From: Ramazzottius varieornatus
Lineage: Eukaryota; Animalia; Tardigrada
Direction of reading: 5' to 3'
NCBI GenBank assembly: GCA_001949185.1
Contig: BDGG01000022.1
Coordinates: forward strand, 1 to 64,000
DNA: 64,000 bases
Shown here: positions 59,254 through 64,000 of the stretch, in pieces
How positions within the stretch are numbered: the stretch's first letter is position 1
Layout of the letters: the number at the start of each line of letters is the position of its first letter
The notes under the pieces: generated by a model
The model's database searches: none
What the model saw: the letters and a program-made list of their open reading frames with translations, nothing else
Told to the model about the DNA's origin: nothing
Made by a program: the position numbers and the translations under genes

Positions 59254-60700
59254 CTGAACCGCCATAAGGGAAATCCACGTCATACAGCAGCCGAAACGCC
59301 AGCAAAGATATGGCTGGATCGTCACGCCTCATTGCCACCACCAGAACTTCTCGTGGAAAAGGTACCACCAACACTGACCAGCACGCAGCGCGCAGGTTTC
59401 GAAGGTGCCATCATCAGCATTTCCAAAGTGGTGGAACTGCTTGCCAGGCAAGGCTTAGCGTTCGGTAGGTCCAAGTCATTGCTCGGAAAAAACCTCCCAT
59501 AGTCAGCATTGGCCAACTGTACAAATCCCATCTCTGGCGGTACAGCAAGTTCGCAGCATTAATAATGATGCGCATCGACGCCGGAGACGAAATACTTTTA
59601 CGTCATCTGACGTCGCCCTCCGGTCGGAAGCGTTTCACTTCAGGCGGACCACAGAACAAAATCATCATCTTGCAAGGTCGACAAATCCGTGAACAAATCT
59701 TGACGGAGCTAAGACGTTAATTGTGTTGATATAATTGGTTGGTAGCCTGGCAGAATAACTAATTTTACGAGATGAACTCAACGAAGGGTGTTATCTCGTC
59801 ACTCAACGAAGGGTGTTATGTGTTACAGGTCGCTGCATCTCTGCTCGACAAGATCAATCAGCGAAGCGTCGAACTGCAACGGGCCGACATCGACTACCAC
59901 ATAGCAGTTGAGGGGATGCTCGACGACCTGTTTGGCTCACGTTTCCTGCTAGGGCAACCTACACAGCAGGAAGCCGTGGATGCGTGTTGGAAGGAAGCAG
60001 TGGGCGTTCTCAGACCAGACGGCATAGAACCGAGACTACCCCTGGTGATAACACAGAAGCGGCACTTCGCTGAAATGAAGAGCAATACCGGCCGAAGTCA
60101 TGCTCACTGACCCCAAACAATTTTACGAAAAGAATCTCATCGCTTTGTACGAATTCCGCTTTGGCAAGAACTCCTGACATTTGTCGCGCATTGCCCTTCT
60201 TATTCCTTCGCAAGTCATTGCGCTTCCATCCAATATGGAACAGTTCGAGGATACTTCTGTGTTCCACAAGGACGACGTCGCTTCCAAAGCATTTGGAAAG
60301 TTTGTAGGTCAGTTGCAGCAATGGTAAAACCACTGGATTGCTGAAAAGGTACGCGTCACTTTGTGTATTATTCTCGTTTTAACAATCGTTGTTTCGGGAT
60401 TAAAGATTAATCTTTTTCAGGTGAAAGAGACGCGTTTCCCTAAGACTGCAAGCGAAACACTGAAGTATCTTGATTAGCACGTCTACTCGCTCATGGAGAT
60501 CTATGCCGCTACCCCCGTCACATCCGGCATACATGTGAACGTTCCTTCCCAACATTGAGGATTGAGAAGAATTACCTTCGTTCACGAATGGGCAACGATC
60601 GCCTCAACGGAATCACCCTGACCAATGTCCATAAAGAGTACCGAATCGACCACAAACAAGTCGCTCAAAAGTATCTCGAGCGACCACTCGGGAACTTGCC
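59254..60700 (+). pseudogene. Degenerate hAT-superfamily transposase (ZMYM1/THAP12-like, DUF4371 + hAT dimerisation domain)
   Basis: Fragments LLARQGLAF-G, RIDAGDEILLRHL...FTSGGPQNKII, ELQRADID and PVTS-/CERSFPTLRIEKNYLRSRMGNDRLNGITLTNVH, interrupted by stops, frameshifts and a large internal deletion. Confidence 0.85.
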
Positions 60701-61812
60701 GCTGCCTGCGGAGCCAACGCGCGAAATAAACCTCGCGGACATGGAGGATACGGTTGAGATCAACAAGGCCTGGATCAAGAACTTCATGGGTTGGATGCGG
60801 ACGAGTAATATCAATATGTGCAATGCTTTCACTGATAAGCACGCTCTCATTATGGAAACAGCTCTTAACAAATCACTGCAGAATTTTATCGTTTCGGATT
60901 TCCATATTATGTCTGATTATAACATAAGATTATTTCCCGTCCCTCTAGTATCCAGACACATTAAAATTCACAAGTCGATTAAAACATAATTTCCAGAACA
61001 AGAAGTTGTTATTCGAATTCTCGTTATGGCATTGCGGGCAAACCAGGACTGAATACAGACATGGTGAAGCTCTGAGCGAACCTACCAGAATGTTCTGAAC
61101 TTGCATCTTGCTTGCACTTTATGCTTTCGGTTAGTTCACTTTCGAACATTCTTACAGCTACGTGCCGGAAAAAGACTGGTTTAGGTATTGCCATGCGCGA
61201 ACAAATCTGATCATGCGTTCAGTGTGGCTTTGTTCACTTCAAGGGGCTTTACTCTTTCCTTCAGTAACGACTACCTACATTCTCGAGATTTCGTTATGAG
61301 TGCGCGAGCGAGCACCGTGAACATATAGTAAGACGGATTTCACGCTTCACCAGACGACAAAATTTTGGCCGGTTATTGAAGTGTAGCTAACCGTCAGATC
61401 GGCTCGATGCTTCCTTCCTACACCTCAGAAACCATGTAATATCGACCCGCATCAAGACACCCGGAAGAATCCATCTTTTTATCCCATTGGTCGAGAAAGT
61501 GACGTATATCCAGCTCACCTCTTCAGCACAAATTAGATTCAATCCTGGGAACCTATGTACTTTTGAAATACAAAGCCTGCCAGCTGACAGTCAGGTTTTA
61601 TGTAACTTTGACTTGTGGTTTCCGGTTAACTGCCTTGTGTCTCGGCGTTCGACCCTCCAACGCATGCGCAATTGGTTTTCACCGATTCGATAAGACAGCG
61701 CGCTCAAGAGGCGTGGCGGAGTTTCGAGCCCCCTGAATACGGCCTAATCAGAGCCTCACCATGCGTCCCGAAAAATGCCGACCCTTCGAGCCTTCGAGGC
61801 GAGCTCCACCAC

Positions 61813-62457
61813 TAGTGCTGGGATGAATATGATATATCGTATCTTATCGGAAATATATCACTACACAGTGATTCGATATGACAAAAATATCATATCGAAA
61901 TATCGATATGGACGGATATCGCTGAGCGGAGTATGATAAATGAAATAACATATCGCGTTATATCGGTATATTTCTGATGTATCGATATATCGCAAACCCG
62001 CACTTGAGAATCGGAACTTCGGAAGTCCACACTCCGGTTCGGTACCGCGCAGGCACCGCAGCCTCGCCCGTAATGTATCGCGCACATGCATCCAAGCTGA
62101 CTTCGGAGAAGTGAACAGTCAGCGTACCTAGGTGCGTAACGACAGACCTGGATAGATTGAGCAACGAACACACTGGCTTACACGAAGACATGTGACTTTT
62201 GTTCTGACTCGAACGTAGTGAACAACAGCCGTTTGGTTTCTTTGGCTCTTTCTTGATTTCAATAGTTTTCAACATGGTACTGGCTTGATATATCGATATA
62301 TCACTGCAATAAAATTCGATATATCAACAATAAAATATCAGAAACGTATCATATCGAAATATCGATACGTGGTTGATATCTAAAACGAAATATAAATATT
62401 GAAAGATATTCATCAGGAAATATCATATCGTATTTTATCGTATTTATCCCAGCACTT
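61813..62457. mobile_element. Non-autonomous hAT-type MITE (645 bp)
   Basis: TIRs AGTGCTGGGATGAATATGATA / TATCGTATTTATCCCAGCACT. Perfect 8-bp TSD TCCACCAC at 61805-61812 and 62458-62465. GATATATCG subterminal repeats. Confidence 0.88.
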
Positions 62458-64000
62458 TCCACCACTGACAGTGATTGCCAGCAGAATTCCGTCCGTCCCG
62501 TCGGTTCACTGTGGGTTGTTGGTAAATCACCTGTTCACAGTTCACAGCTCCGAAAAGCTGTCTTCTTTGACTGATCGTGGATTGGTCGAAGTGAAGAAAT
62601 TCCACGTGTCAGTTGTGGATCTGTGGATTTATGCAGTGAAATCAGCTGGGATCAGGATGTACCGGTTACCGGCACTGATCAGCAGCTGTACACGCACGAC
62701 GAGAATTTATGGGCCAGTACAAATTATGGGCGAGGCGGAAAAGACGGCAAAATAGAAAACCAACCGTACACAAGTGTCGGAAAGTGCATTAGTATGAATC
62801 AGTCGCGTACGTACATACTTCCGTACAGCCGTAGCCAAGTAGCCTGGCCCTTAACTTTTACTGACCCGTAGTTTCTCGTCGTGCGTGTACTGTAATGCTT
62901 CTTGAACTTCGCGACTTACGTCATAGTACTTCCCATTGTCGGGCCGTTAGAGCGAGCGGCGTTGAAATCGTCCCATGTACCACTAGCTAGTGGTTGTAAC
63001 CACTGGGAAGGCCGAGCGACGGAGGCAAACCATTATAAAGGACACATTTTTACTGCGTTGCGTCGCCTGATGCCAGTAATCTTTTTTCCTCGCCGACTTT
63101 CTCTTCGCTTGTACCACAAGAAAACTTGCAAATTTGACAAGGCTGTCAAATTCGAAGTACTGCAGAAACTCTAGATCTCATTCCGACAAGCAGCATAGCA
63201 TTGAGCAGCGAGCCGGTGGAAACCAGCCCACCCGGAATCTGAAAAGCTGGCCCGTGGGGCCAGCTTTTCAGCGAAGGAAAGAATCGGGCTCACTGGGCCG
63301 ACTTCCGGCTGGCCTAAGCCCACATGTCATTCGGTCAGCCCTTCGTTCCAACTGGCCCCACCCTCCAGCTAGTCAGAAACAAACGCACTGGCCCGACGGG
63401 CCAAATCTGCTGAACGACGACCCCATGGGCTAGAACTGCAGCTTTCTTGCCCCTAGGCCATTTGGCTCCAGTGTCAACCAGACCTCAATGCGTCCCTGCT
63501 GACAAGAGGCTGGCTCGTGCGAGTGGCTGGCGCCACGGTGGATAGGTAAAAGGGCTTGTGATGTTGGCCGGGGTGCAGCAGTCTGAACCAAGATAGTGGT
63601 CCGGACTTAGGGTGGTGGACTGAACTGTTGACATCACGGGGCTGCGCCCCCTGAACACACTGCCGACTCGCACTCCGACGCTTCGCGCCTCCGTTGCTCG
63701 GTCGTCCACCATGCCGCCAGTTCGTCTGGGGTAGGCGGCGGTAGCTCCTGTACTGTTCTCAGTGATACAACTTGTTGACACTGCTTTTGTGTGGCGGGAG
63801 TCTGTGGCAGTTCGGTGAGTTCGTCCGTCCGGGCCCCGTCGTGACTGCCGTGCCGAGCTGAGTAGGAACTGACCGAATTGCGATTAAACACTTTTGGTCG
63901 CCCGGATGAAGTGGCGCTTTTTTTCTCAGTACGGAGTTTGCGACATCTAGAAGCTTGGAAATTTTGATCGTGCACTAAAATCTCGACTTATAAGGGTCTC

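Noticed and set aside
63160-63445. GGCCC-rich palindromic cluster as a defined MITE
   Set aside because: A local hairpin (63242-63268) is visible, but no convincing TIR or TSD could be delimited.
1-64000. tRNA, rRNA or snRNA genes; species assignment
   Set aside because: No RNA gene was recognisable by eye. The gene content indicates a protostome-like invertebrate but does not support a specific taxon.

Overview
Eukaryotic (invertebrate, protostome-like) genomic DNA from a compact genome with GT-AG introns, mostly 57-72 bp. There are no prokaryotic features. Positions 1-54.4 kb are gene-dense, in this order: C-terminal half of Exo70 (-), a small orphan Zn-finger-like gene (-), ING4/5-like PHD protein (+), a 29-exon ~2780-aa type III classical cadherin (DN-cadherin/HMR-1B-like, +), alpha-tubulin acetyltransferase ATAT1/mec-17 (-), a secreted animal heme peroxidase (-), a secreted Gly/Tyr-rich protein (-), a cytochrome b561-domain protein (-), CFAP96/C4orf47-like (-), two tandem divergent Shaker-family K+ channel subunits (-), and WDR45B/WIPI3 (-). 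Positions 54.4-64 kb hold degenerate orphan ORFs, a scaffold gap, a broken hAT transposase and a hAT MITE. The most striking unexplained feature is a ~120-bp palindromic element at about 25 loci (37 cores), almost all inside introns. Its 12-bp inner arms (CAAGTGGCGCAC...GTGCGCCACTTG) and 25-bp spacer LENGTH are conserved, while the spacer sequence and outer arms have drifted. A second family with similar architecture (ACCTGCATAC...GTATGCAGGT) also occurs in introns. Gene models were assembled by hand from splice signals and frame continuity. No database searches were run, and family assignments rest on recalled motifs.
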